A DNA stretch of 58,823 nucleotides, the filler included, from Sphacelaria rigidula (Eukaryota): assembly GCA_964200075.2 (NCBI GenBank). It is 6 parts of 6 records of this genome, joined end to end, with 100 filler letters (N's around TTAATTAATTAA, not from the genome) between each part and the next. Parts side by side here need not be neighbours in the genome. Positions count along the whole stretch, not along the records: positions 1 to 9,721 come from CAXNAA020007895.1; positions 9,822 to 19,542 come from CAXNAA020007896.1; 4 more parts are not named here. One strand, given 5' to 3'. A model generated the notes under the pieces. It did no database searches. It was not told the DNA's origin and saw nothing but the letters and a program-made list of their open reading frames with translations. The position numbers were made by a program, and so were the translations under genes. Shown here one piece after another: positions 1 to 11,950 of the stretch. Position 1 is the first letter of the stretch. Every line of letters begins with the position of its first letter.

Positions 1-651
1 CGTGGTACGATCATCCCCATTGTGCGGAGTTGAGGTTCTCCCACGCCGCACAATATGATCTATGCAATCAAAATTCAACACCATTTAGTGTAGGGATAAC
101 GGGGCAGTGGCCGGGGGGGGGGGAGGGGGGGAGCAGACTGACAGGCGGTTCAAACTTGAAAGTGGAAGTAAACCAACTAAGGATATTTTGTTGGCCTTCG
201 GTGAATGAGGATACTACGCAGGAAGAAAAAAAATGTTAATGTTCAAGCCGTGTTGAATGAAGATCCTGGGGACAATGCAGGCAAAGTGGACACATGTCTG
301 GAGATGCGTCCGTCCGCGCAGGGAAGGGCGAAGGGCAAAAGCCACAAGACAGGGTAAATATTGTACCCAGCACGAAGCATGAAACCCGACAGGCACAAAG
401 CACAAGCTTCAAGCACCGAGTCCAGTCCCCGTTCATCATTGGCCCACAACAACAAAATCCAGCAGTGGCTGCTGAATCACGTCGCAGTAACAGGACTGGG
501 GGTGGACGGGGGGGGGGGGCAGCACGATCAAATTAACGACGAGAAAAAAAAGACTCTCAAAACAATCGCAAACCGACACACATCAAGAACACCAGATCCC
601 CCCTTCCCCTCGGCACACACAAACATATAACACAAACAACAACACACACAC

Positions 652-2895
652 CTGCGGAACCGGTGACCCGTTGCTCCTCTGCCGCTCTCCTCCTCCTGCC
701 CCTCCTCCGTCGATAGCTTCCAGATTCTCGCCATCGGTAGGTTTCACGGTGGTAGACGCCGCCGCCCACGACGGCTTTGTGAGGTTCAGGCCTTCTTCGT
801 CCTGGTCGAACATGTCGCCCAACGCCGCGTACATGTCGTCTTCCGCCTGGTTTTTCAAGGTAACATCAACATCAACATCAACAGTCATCGCGCACGGGGA
901 GAGAGGAAGGTAAGTCATGATCATGCATGCCGTAGCCATATGATCGTTGACCTCGCATCCCTACAAAGCCGGGACGGAGCACGCCGGGTTCTCGCCGGAC
1001 CAGGCTCGCAATCATCGTCACGGGGAACGGAGGAGGGCGGGGAGAGGGAGAGGGGGCATACCTCACACATGATATTTTGGCATGTTTTGGGTCATACCCG
1101 TGAAATGAGGGATGCATGCATATATCTTCACGAGACAATGTTTGTTTCTTCGCTGATGACTGATCGCATCTCCCCCGAATGTACTTGAACAGCAGGGGAG
1201 GGATATAGCCTAGAGGAGAAGTTCGTCTCCAGCCGGATCGGTGCGCGCTGATTCGACGAGTGATCTTGCGGCGGCCGCCGGAGGCGACAACCAGCAGTCC
1301 GCAGGGACTGCGATAGTAACCCCCCTCCTTCCCTTCCACCCCCCAGGGGCAGCCCTCGGAGGCCGGAATAAATGAGCGTGATGCGCCATTGTGCGTCAGT
1401 TTGCCTTTATTTCTAGTGCGTTGATGGCCTCCCAAGAATGCTCTTACTACGGTTGTACTCATGATTTTACATGTCATAGTCAAGAGACCGTTGACATCGC
1501 ATCTCTACAAAACGAGGACGAAGCACGCCGCGTTTTCGCAAGACCAGGTTTTATACTAGGGCGCCTCAACACTACTTTCATGCACGCACACTTGAGGTCT
1601 GTATCGAGACACTTTCTACGATACCCCCCCCCCCCCCCGGAAAAGTGCCTGGTTTGAGGAGGCGAAACCTACACGTTAATCAAAGTGGGAAAGCCGAGCA
1701 CAACGAGCACCTAGGAATTCCCACGTTTGGGTTCGCCCTCGCCAATGTCGCCCATATTAGGCGCTTCATGCAGCCTGAACCCAAACATCAGGCGTTGTAT
1801 GACCATTTTTTCGTGACACTTTTGAGCTGTGTTTTTTTTTTGGGGGGGGGGGGACTATCGTAGAAAGCGTCTTAGATGGTACAAACGTTGGCCATATAGC
1901 CAGGTGTATATAGTACTGTACTCTGTTATGTGCTGTGCACTGTGACCCGTACTGTATGCTGTATACAGTGCAGTTTGTACACTGTAAACTTTGCGATGTA
2001 CACTGAAAACAAAACATTTATGGGTGTGAATGGGGCCCGATTTTGGGCACTGTATATCGGGAAATGGACACCGACCCCTCACTGCAGAAAAAATGGCCCG
2101 TAATTGAGCCGATCACGTGAACCACAAAAACACGCGTCACCTACACATAACGAAATGGTTCATATGAAATGTTGTTATTATAGTACCTTCTGATACCATG
2201 GCACGCGGGGGTGCTGCAAGGAGCGGAGAGATGCATGACCTCTTCGCACAAGATCGAGGAAGATTTTAGGAGAGGAGGGAGGAGATGGAAGAATGCGTAA
2301 CCAGCTTGTACCGAACTGAAAATGGCGGAAGTGGCAGGACTCCCATCATCTCCCCTTGTGTTTTGTTTATTTTCCACTAACTGCTGACTCCAACGCACCT
2401 CTCCCCCCGAGGTGGTGTGTGTGTTATGTGGTGCTCTTCCTGTTATGCCTAGTATATTCGTACGCATAGCTGCCCCTCTAGAGGTACAAGGTTAGAACCC
2501 TGCGACTCGTATCGCTTTGGCTGGTGATTGCGGCTCTCGCCTGTAGCTCCCTTCCTGTTTGGCCTCGCGTCTTGAGTGGATCAATGGGCCCTGCCTCCAG
2601 TAGCCCGAATGGTCGCATATGGCATCAGAACTTGGAGGGCTACAGTAGCAGTAGTCCTTTTTCTTTCCTCTTTTTCTTATTTTCTGGTATTTCTATTATA
2701 TTTGTTTAGTTTCATTTCTTTTGCATCACGTCTGTGTGAATTATTTCTGGGTCCGATTTACGTCATGACTTTTCTTTCACCCTTGGTTGGGTAGTTAGCC
2801 TGTGATCACGGAAGGCGTCCGCCGCATGAGATACTCAGTACAGAGTACTGCCCAGATATCGGAACGGTTTTTGATGTGAAGATAACAGCAACAGC

Positions 2896-2960
<65 letters not shown>

Positions 2961-5900
2961 CGTGCTGTAAACCTGTACACAGGGTCACAACAAAAGGAGG
3001 ATAGAAACTGTTGCTCGTGCTGTTGTTGTGCCGCTCTCGTTGCACCATGTTGTTGTGCCCATCGTCCAACGCGATTTCTCTGCAACCAAGCAGGGGATTG
3101 GACTGCGGTTTAATGCGTGTGCTTCCACTACACCGGAACTAGTCACCGGTGGGGCGGATTTCCGGAACGCGTGCCAAAGAGGCCGCAGCAGTCTCAACAC
3201 TGCTGCATCAAGCCCAAAATATACTCGGAAACGCGTTTCCTTCAACGTTTTGGGACTTGTCGGGTCCGCTGTGACGAATTGAGCAAATCTGCGCCGGTAA
3301 TGAATAGGTCTAGTGGTGCGCGGGGGGCTGTGAAGTGCCACAGGCGGGCTTGCTTCCTGTCTCGAGAACGAGGCGATGAAAATATTCCAGCTGTCGCATA
3401 CTAAACCTAGGTAACTTGGGATGGGGCGTGTGTTGTGTTCGGCAAAGGTTCGGCAAATTTTGGGAAAGGTCCGACCAGTCTATGACGTCTTCATCATCTC
3501 CGTTTTTTGTTTGTTTTTTGCCCATGGTTTTTGGTCGCTAGGACCCTCATTCACACCCATAACAGTAAACCGATTACAGAGCAATGCAGTAGTCCAGTAA
3601 AAATAACAGTCTGCATATCTCAGGACATGACAGTTGCAGCCAGGAGCAAGCGGGACATCGCGTTTGCTTCTTTCGTGCTGAAACCTGTTCGGTGCTCTGC
3701 TCTGTGCTCTGTAGCGTATACTGCATACAAAAAATTGAGTTTTTTATTCGCCGCACTTTGAACCTCCCCCCTTCCTCGGGAAGAGTCCGTGGTGTGGAGG
3801 GATCAACCCTTCTGTCCCTAGGTATGGTACACGCCTTGCATTCTGGTCTCGTGGATTGGGTCATGACTATCAGTACTCCCGCATCGCGTCAACTCTCGTC
3901 AAACGAACTCAGCCAAGTACTCTCTGTTTAATCACTTACTGGGGCTTTCGGCGTTTTAGATCAGGTAGCTCGAATAAATACACAAGCGTATCTGGCGGAA
4001 ATCGAACTCAAGATCTCTCGACCTTAAGGGTCAAAATCGAACCATTACACCACCAGGGCCGTAACAGCATGTACACTGTAAAGTGTAGTTCAGTAAGCAA
4101 ATACCAACAGCCTGCACGTTTCAAGAAATTACTGTTGCAGACGAAAATAGGGGGTATATCGTGGTAGCTTTTTCTATGCTGCGAGGTGAATGAAATGGCG
4201 ACATACGGTGTGCAACATGAGAAATCTGCGGCGGCCATATCAGCGCGACAACAACACTGAATCAGCGGCCTCAAGTCTCAAATAATTCGGCGGCACCCGA
4301 AGGTGTTTTCGACGACGCGCCACTGCCAACCGCCTAAATACTTTCCGGCGCTGCGTATTGAAACCGCCCAGAATTCGGCGCCGCCTGAATACCTCATACA
4401 CTCTTTTTCATAGGTGCAGGCTGCTTCAACAGCCTGCTACACACATGCACACATACAAGTAGCACATGTTGAACCGACAGTCAACGTACGCTGTTGTACT
4501 CGTAAAAACTGCTCAAATGTGCATCTACGATTAATTGAATACAAAAGCGTACCGCAAAGAAGTAAGCGCTTGCTTCTTGCAGTGTTGTATTGAAACTTAC
4601 ACGCATAAATATAAAACTTAAAATTGTGTTTACGCACTGGGCACTGCTATACTAAACTATGCTGGACAATACTGTGCTGCACTGTGCTGCGACACACTCT
4701 ACTGCAGGGTACCCTGCTGAGCGATAACCAAGAGAATGCACATCATAGTACATATAACTGTACCACAATAACTCAAGACACAAGACCGAGCTGTTGGCAT
4801 CGAAACCAACGTTGCAACCGCCAATGTCCACGTCAACACCACAGCCTGAACAAGAGGCTGCATCGGCGAAAAAGTGTACTGCGTACAGTATCGAATCCGG
4901 CGATGGACGAAATATTTGATTCCGTACGTAGTACCCTTCTTGTCGATGCAATCTATATCTATCGTCCAGAGTGATAAATATCCTACTCTTACTGCGCACC
5001 AATTCCTCCACGACAGGTTGCCGGCATGAAGAGGGGACTTAACGAAAAAACGTCCAAAACGTAAAACGCGCAGCCAACAGGACGATAGATACTCAAATCT
5101 AAATAACTTGCGAGGTCATGCAGCCCGAGCCAATGGCGTTACCTCTTTCGCGCATGTTTTTTGTATCGAGATACATAGTACTGTACATATCTCTCTTTCA
5201 GCGACTTCAAATTACTCCTAGACATGAAAAAAAAACAAATATGAGAATAATATAAAGTGGCTTTTGTCACTCACCTTGTTGCGTCTAGCCTTTGACTTGT
5301 TCCTGCGCCGCCGCTTGTCAGTCTCCTGGATTTGCAGCACGTGCCGCGTCTTCACCAGCGACAAAAATACAGTATAGATAGACGCGCACACACAGCGATA
5401 ACACGATGGAAAGGGATTGAAAGCGTTGTCAGATGTTTACGTGCATATAAACAATATGATATGATGGATACAGCACACATTTCTCGCATCCAATCGTGAA
5501 AATAATGTATATACATATATATATATATATATTGGGGTTCAAGTCGATGGTAAATGGTAACATTTCAACTTTTCCTTGTTCTCCTTGATCTCGGAACATT
5601 TTTTCCTTGCGAAATACGTGAATACATACAATACAGTACACAAGCGGACATGCAAACACCCTCTGCACAATCTCTCCTGGGAAATAAAAAAACAATACGA
5701 TAAAAAGAAGGGGGGGAAAAGTAAAATGGTCAGCATCCGACAATCACGTGACATGCACGTGCGTGGAGCACAAAACTCAATAAGCGTGGATATAAACACG
5801 ATCGACAACGACAAAAGCAATGCTAAAAAAAAACCCGGGTTCGTGCACCAAAAATGTTCAAAAACGGAATTTGAAATCCAAGATTTTGTTCTGTAGGGTA

Positions 5901-6373
5901 ATCCTGGAAGTGGCGGATTTTTTGTTAGCGAACCAAATCGTACCGAAATGTGTACCGAACATTCCATTATGGTTCGGTAGCGTTACCAGCTCTGATTCAA
6001 ACACTCCGGTATGGTTTGGAAGGGTATTTACTCAATGAATTACCCTGATATATTTCTGTGGATAATTTACGAGTAGTTTCAGCCGGTATACCATCCTTTA
6101 GAGCACAACCTTGGGGGAAAATTCTGGAAGACCTGCAGTTTCCTTTCTATGCACTCCATCGTTCAGAACGGGAAGAAGGGGAAAGTATCAGATGGCATCC
6201 CTTGGCAGCTAAGCAATCCATTTCACAGAGCTTCACGAAAAAGAAAGAGTTGAACGACTTCGTGGACTTTTCCCACGTGATTCCCTCATTTTCGAAGCCT
6301 ATCTGCCATGAAGATAACACAAAAAGTAAAGAGCCCTAACGAGACTTTCTCTGGAACTTCACATCGTTCAGAA

Positions 6374-6409
<36 letters not shown>

Positions 6410-8546
6410 CGACAACGACAACGACGACAACGACAACAAAGCGTCGAAACACATCTAAATCTCACCAACGCTTCGCGCCCTTGCTTGCTATCCGCATTCG
6501 CCTTCAGCTCCAGCTCAACCACCTCATCTTCTTCCTCTTCCTCGTCCCCTTCCTCCTCAGAGTCGTCCTCTTCCATCTCGTCGTATTCCTCACCGCCATC
6601 ATCATCTTCCTCCTCCTCCTCCTCCTCCTCCTCCCCCTCATCATCAACATCATCATCAGCATCAGCATCATCAGCATCATCATCGCTGTAAGAGTCATCC
6701 AAGACACTGTCAGCGCCTTCCTCCTCAACCATTGCCGCAACATCTACAATCGCCGCCGCCGCCGCCGCTCGCCTTGGCCTCCGTTTCGCCGTGCAGTCAC
6801 CACTACGTTTACTGCTGCTGCTACTGCTGTTGCTGTTGTTTTCAATGTTAGCCGACCCAGCCTCCATCTCCCCCCCGGCCACCGCCCTCCGACGCTTCCC
6901 GCCCGCCGCCACTGGGGTTCGTGCCGCAGTGGTGCTAAGTTTCCGTTTCTTGCCCTTACCCTTTCCCTTGCCGTTGTCAGCACCATCACTAGCACCACCA
7001 CTTACTTGATAATCGCCCTCCTCATCCTCGTTGTAATCGTCGTCGTCCCCTTGATTGTCGTCATCCACGTCGATTTCGGACACACCGTTGCCATGGTGCC
7101 TGCCGTCCTTAGCGTTGTTCTTAGCGTTGTTCTTGGCCCTAGTATCCTTGTTTCCCCGCCTCTTGCTCTCGTCTTTCTTACTCCAAGATATCGCCTTGGT
7201 CGCCTTCGCCTTCGCCTTACCTTTATCTGTACCTTTACCTTTACCTTTACTCTTTCCGCTTTTGCCAGCGGGCTTTCCTTCCTGCTCCTGATGAGGGATC
7301 TTCAGGCGGCCGTCACGAATGCTGGACGCACGGAAAGGAGGGAGATGGAGGGGCATGGAGGGGGGAGGAACAAACACAACACCACGGAACGGGGTGGGCG
7401 TGTTGGAGCGACGAGACCAACGCACAGAGGAAAACACACATACACACTTGAATGCAATCCGTTTCGTGTGTGTAGGCGTGTGCTACTTCGAAGTAGTTCC
7501 AACACTGAAAACGCACACAACAGATTGAATTAGACCGTTTATATATTATTCTGATATTCGCATTTACTCAGTCAACTACCAACTTGCACAAGAGGCTTTT
7601 TTGCTGTGTGAAGCCCACGTTTCGGTTTCTCTCTCGACTTGACATACCCGTACCCGGCCACCCTCTATTCTATCAAGGGGTGGAGCACAATGGGGGGAGG
7701 GAAGCTATCCTAAAAGGATGCAACGCGACATGCCACACTATACACCGGTATGGCAAGCATCCATGCCCGAGTACTAGTACCACAAACATCGCAGAAAATA
7801 CATTCGATGTCTGAACGGGGCACGGGGGAGCGAGCACGAAGCAAGAAAACAAAAAATAACAACAACAAAAAACTAGGCCTGCACCTGAATCCAGAACATA
7901 AATCGTTCAACCTGAAATCTAAAAAACCAAAACATATAACATGGAACATGAAACATAGATAAAAAAGCCGAGAACCTCAAAAGGTTGAACCCAAAACTAA
8001 AACCTAAACCCAAACCTAAAACTAAAACCAACTCTGGCACAAGAGGAAAAGATACACCTTCCACGCAAACAAACACGATCGCCCCCTCTGCACAGCACTG
8101 CCCCGCACTACACCGCACGCTCAACAAGCCTCTACAGAGGAGAAGAGACAAACACGTTACCCACATTGACTCACTCACCGGTTTGCGATAAAGGCAGGGG
8201 GATCCATCTGCACCTCTCCAGTCATCACAGAGCCCGTCTCCTTGTTCCCACTGCCCCCTGCCCCCCCCGCCGCGGCCACCGCCGCCGAAAAGGGGGCCTC
8301 GTCCACCGTCCCGAGGTTCGCGGGCAGCGCGTTAAGCTGCTCCACGGTGAGCTGGGACGTGGGGGTCTGCTCAAACTCGAGGAGGCGTCGGCGTACCGTG
8401 GCGTCGCACACCCTGACGGCCTTGCGGATCTGCTCCTTCGTTCTCTCGCACCGGTTCACCCGCGTGGCGAGGGTCAGGGCCGCGCAACAGACGCCTGACG
8501 GCTGCCGGCCGGACGCGAGAAAGTCTCTCTTCATGGCCGCGATTAT
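652..8546 (-). CDS. BRF1: Transcription factor IIIB 90 kDa subunit BRF1, partial (internal exons)
   Basis: GT-AG exons 8179-8546, 6466-7321, 5275-5325 and 652-846 splice in phase. The first encodes IIAAMKRDFLASGRQPSGVCCAALTLATR...VRVCDATVRRRLLEFEQTPTSQLT...DPPAF, matching the BRF1 second cyclin fold and following homology block (MKRDW..[27 protein letters not shown]..DPPSF). Later exons are low-complexity and assigned by strand and phase only. The 5' and 3' ends were not found in this contig. Confidence 0.88.
917..1006. repeat. Dispersed ~90-bp repeat, copy 1 of 3
   Basis: CATGATCATGCATGCC...TTGACCTCGCATCCCTACAAAGCCGGGACGGAGCACGC recurs, diverged, at ~1459-1548 and ~9614-9702. Confidence 0.8.
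1459..1548. repeat. Dispersed ~90-bp repeat, copy 2 of 3
   Basis: GTTGACATCGCATCTCTACAAAACGAGGACGAAGCACGCC is similar to 917-1006. Confidence 0.75.
1608..1871. mobile_element. ~260-bp TIR MITE (family A), full copy
   Basis: Terminal inverted repeats GACACTTTCTACGATACCCCCC / GGGGGGACTATCGTAGAAAGCGTC. Homologous copies at 53516-53763 (reverse orientation), 28753-28902 and 58739-58823. Confidence 0.82.
2445..2960 (+). mobile_element. Putative SINE with (AAC)n tail (family S1)
   Basis: B-box-like GGTTAGAACCC at ~2490. The 3' end TAGCCTGTGATCACGGAAGGCGTCC...GATATCGGAACGGTTTTTGATGTGAAGA followed by (AAC)n is shared with 51030-51220. The 5' boundary is approximate. Confidence 0.65.
2885..2960. repeat. 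(AAC)n microsatellite tail
   Basis: Direct trinucleotide run. Confidence 0.95.
3988..4059 (-). mobile_element. tRNA-derived SINE head / tRNA pseudogene
   Basis: Minus strand reads GCCCTGGTGGTGTAATGGTTCGATTTTGACCCTTAAGGTCGAGAGATCTTGAGTTCGATTTCCGCC, with A box and B box. The acceptor stem does not pair. Related to 19405-19475. Confidence 0.7.
6376..6438. repeat. (AAC/GAC)n microsatellite in BRF1 intron
   Basis: Direct trinucleotide run. Confidence 0.9.
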
Positions 8547-9613
8547 CTGCGGTGCGGTGCGGTCCGATCCGGTCCGGGGGTTGAAACCCAGGCGTGCGTG
8601 ATTGGGTGTGCATGGCCGTGTGTTGATAAGGTGGTATTTCATGTCCGGCATTTTGTCCATAGTGAAGAGGGGAGAAGCGGCGGGCAGGAGTACATATTTG
8701 TTCCTTGCCTTAGTCGTTTCAGCATTGACCACGCATACCTTTCGAGGCGGAGCATCGACAAGGCGGTACTGTATTGTTTGGCGCTTCGTCGATAGTGGAA
8801 AGGGGGGAAGGGCGGCGACGGCCTTGTTGTGTGTTGTACCCCATGAACCAAGGATATCGAGTTCTAACGTTGGCGATTATGTTTCTGCATTGTAACGGTC
8901 TTGTCTTGAGAATAAATGTAACAATATGTAATAATATGTAACGATGTGACAACCGAGTACAGTCTGAAACCGAATGTGGACGGTGTTAACAGCTTTGGAG
9001 GGGCAGTGACGAGTGGCCATCAACAGGGATATCTTGTCGTTTTGGTCACTTCAGAGTACACAATGGCCAGGAAGGATTTCACGTCTGCAAATAAATTAAT
9101 TCAGAGGATCACTTTTTCGCCAACAAAAATGGCGTGTCAACGACCAATGAAGGTACAGGAGCAGCCAAACGTCCACAAACTAGGGCCGATAAAAAGAATG
9201 AAGCCCCACGAAAAGTGGAGGCGAACAAGTACACCTTCGCATCCTTAAGCCAGATCAGGGTACAGGACAGCTTTCAAGCATAACCCACAGCTGTGTAGCT
9301 GTACTAAGCATGGCCTTGTTCGTTTTCTTTCGTTTTTATTTTGCATGAGATGCGTACAGAGGACAAGCAGCATTGCGCGGTCAACAACTGAAGCCGAGTC
9401 AAATCCAAACCCTTTTCAAGCCACGTGAAAGAAACAAAAACGACGACTACTGTACCCTGAAGTGCTTGAAAACACGAGGTATACATTTTCCACGCCACCG
9501 TCCTATTTTCCTACATGCCGTATATACTGCATGAAAGTCTATAACCTACATATACACGGAACGACAAATATCACAAAAAAAAGGGGGGAAATATGGGGGG
9601 GCGGGGGTGTACT

Positions 9614-9702
9614 CATGATCTTGCATGCCACAGTCATATGGCCATTGACCTCGCATCCCTACAAAGCCGGGACGGAGCACGCGGGGTGTCGCGCAGCCAG
9701 GC
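9614..9702. repeat. Dispersed ~90-bp repeat, copy 3 of 3
   Basis: Close match to 917-1006, at the contig end. Confidence 0.8.
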
Positions 9703-9721
9703 ATGGAATCAATCCCGATGC

Positions 9722-9821
9722 NNNNNNNNNNNNNNNNNNNNNNNNNNNNNNNNNNNNNNNNNNNNTTAATTAATTAANNNNNNNNNNNNNNNNNNNNNNN
9801 NNNNNNNNNNNNNNNNNNNNN
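9722..9821. other. Artificial contig spacer
   Basis: N44-TTAATTAATTAA-N44 (stop codons in all six frames). Confidence 0.98.
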
Positions 9822-9891
9822 GTGCGTTGGTCGGTGGCGTCTTTGCGGGCGCGGGTGGGCGTGCGGGTGCCGTCCGGGGTGGCGGGTGGGT

Positions 9892-9924
<33 letters not shown>

Positions 9925-9990
9925 GACAAGACGAGCAGCGCAACGGAGAAAAGAAGGAAGTGCAAGGAAAATAAGATGGTGCAGTCGTTT

Positions 9991-10874
9991 GTTTCCAGCT
10001 GAATCAGGGGATTATTTCAAGTTTTTCATAGTCGGTGATTTCTAGTAGTTTTACCGCGTGCTAGCGCTCATCCCAGCGGACGTTTGATTCCCAAGTTTGG
10101 GGATTGGGAGATACTAAGCATCCGCTCCACATTCCGGAACAAAAATGATCTTTGCGCTCAATATTGAACGACTCACGGACTGGATTGAGAGGGAATATTT
10201 TTTACCGTTTTTGATCGAAACACGTTTCTTTTCGGCTCCAGCGCAGTGAAAAGGTGAAAAAAAGTGTGAGGGTCCGTAAACTTATTCACGATAGGGATAT
10301 GGATTGATTCACCCCCCTATGGTATACAGAGCGGTAAAACATTTTTAGTTTCTCTGACTTTTCTCTTACAGCATTCTTCCTTAGCACTCGAAAGTTCTAG
10401 CGTCGATATGTATTGGAAAAATAAGCAGGTGGTGCTCAGGACACAGTATTCAAGTTGGTGTTTTCGGGTGATACGGAATATGGACCTCGTTCATCAGGGG
10501 GTGTTATCGACCGTCACTCGTCCAATAAACGCAGCTTTTCGGCTTTAGCGCACTGAATAGGTACAAAACAAAATTGAAAGAAAATGCTCACGAGAATGAT
10601 CGGTATTTCTTCAATCGAGCAAAAATACCCGAAGGTCAGAACCTGTGGCGGGGTAGCAGCAGGACCCCTGAGGACTTGTCAGCCTGTAACTCGTCGTTCC
10701 ATGTGAAGTGCAGAGATGATTCTTGTTTCGGAATGTGGAGCGGATAACTAGTATCTCCCGATCGACAAATTTTGGGATCAAGCGTCCACTGGGATGAGCG
10801 GTGGCACGCGAAAAAACTTTTGAAAATTGCCGACTACAAAAAAATTACAAAAATCCCCTTATTCAGCTGAAAAC
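9991..10874. mobile_element. Non-autonomous DNA transposon / foldback element with ~170-bp imperfect TIRs
   Basis: 9991-~10160 (GTTTCCAGCTGAATCAGGGG...CGCTCATCCCAGCGGACG...ATCCGCTCCACATTCCG) is the reverse complement of ~10705-10874. No ORF inside. Confidence 0.8.
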
Positions 10875-11950
10875 TCCTATACATTTTACAGTCCTACTCC
10901 AGCAGTTACCGCTTGACTTGTGACGGCGCGACCCGTGGCCGACCGACTGCTGCTTTATATACGTGCAACAATAGAAAAGTCGAGACAAATCACGCAATGG
11001 TCCACGGCGTGGCGGGATCATAAAAAGAAGGCATTGACAACAACGCAGCTGCAGCGGCTTTGAAAGGTACATGCGGGAGGCACACCCGTTTTTCTACTGC
11101 CGCCGCCTCGTGGTACGAGCTCCGAACAACGCAATGACCAGCATGCAGAAACGGGGGATACTTCAATTCTCTGTTCTATTCAAACCTTCCCTCTACCCCT
11201 ATACCGGATAACAGGCATTGAAGCTGAGAAGACTCCGGCGTCCAACACATGGTGTTTTTCATGTTGAAAATCTCGCGCAAGTGTTATCGTCAGGAGGTGA
11301 TCTCGTCCAGATATAAAAAATGACAGTATGTAACTCGGGGTGGTGACGCTGTCGGATGACGTATGCTGAGTTTACGCAAAGTGCACAGGAGGATAAGTCT
11401 CAGCTTGACAAAATTCGACCATTCACCCTCTCCACCAGTATCGTACAACACCGGTTGATTTCAACATGCAAGAAAAGGTAACGATTGCCCGTCGGGTGAG
11501 AACTCCGAGTCTGCGCCGGCAACGCAATCCTTGCGGATTCACTATTGATGTGGCGAGGGTATGAACTTTTCGTGGGACGAAACATGCCTCAACCTTGGTA
11601 AAAAAAATACAAGGGAGGGATGACACAGGACCACGTCTTAGTGGTGCCTTCCACCAGAATAACCTGCATGCTCCCCTTGCTTCTCGTGCTGTGCAGTTAG
11701 CCCAGTAGTTGGAACTTTCGACGAGCCCCGACAATGTAGCGACGTTAGTTTTCTCCTAGCCACGAAAAGTTCCAACATGTACACGCCATATGCCAATGGG
11801 GGTCGGACATGTAACCATGCCATGTCAAACAAGCGACGTATATATAGTACAATGAAATTCCCGCTCCGTTGTTATAATACCACGTGCACTACAGCAAAAC
11901 GTAACTTCGTTAAGCACATGTTCCCGCGGGATTTTCCCTCCCTCCCTCAC

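Noticed and set aside
2795-3085. Poly-Cys / poly-Val ORFs
   Set aside because: Translations of the (AAC)n microsatellite tail.
3440-3525. Extra BRF1 exon (DDEDVIDWSDL)
   Set aside because: Superficially acidic like BRF1 homology blocks, but no convincing in-phase splice sites were found.
6481-7533. 350-aa hydrophobic plus-strand ORF
   Set aside because: Antisense of the low-complexity BRF1 exon.
9766-9777. TTAATTAATTAA palindrome as a biological site
   Set aside because: Synthetic six-frame stop linker, repeated identically in every gap.
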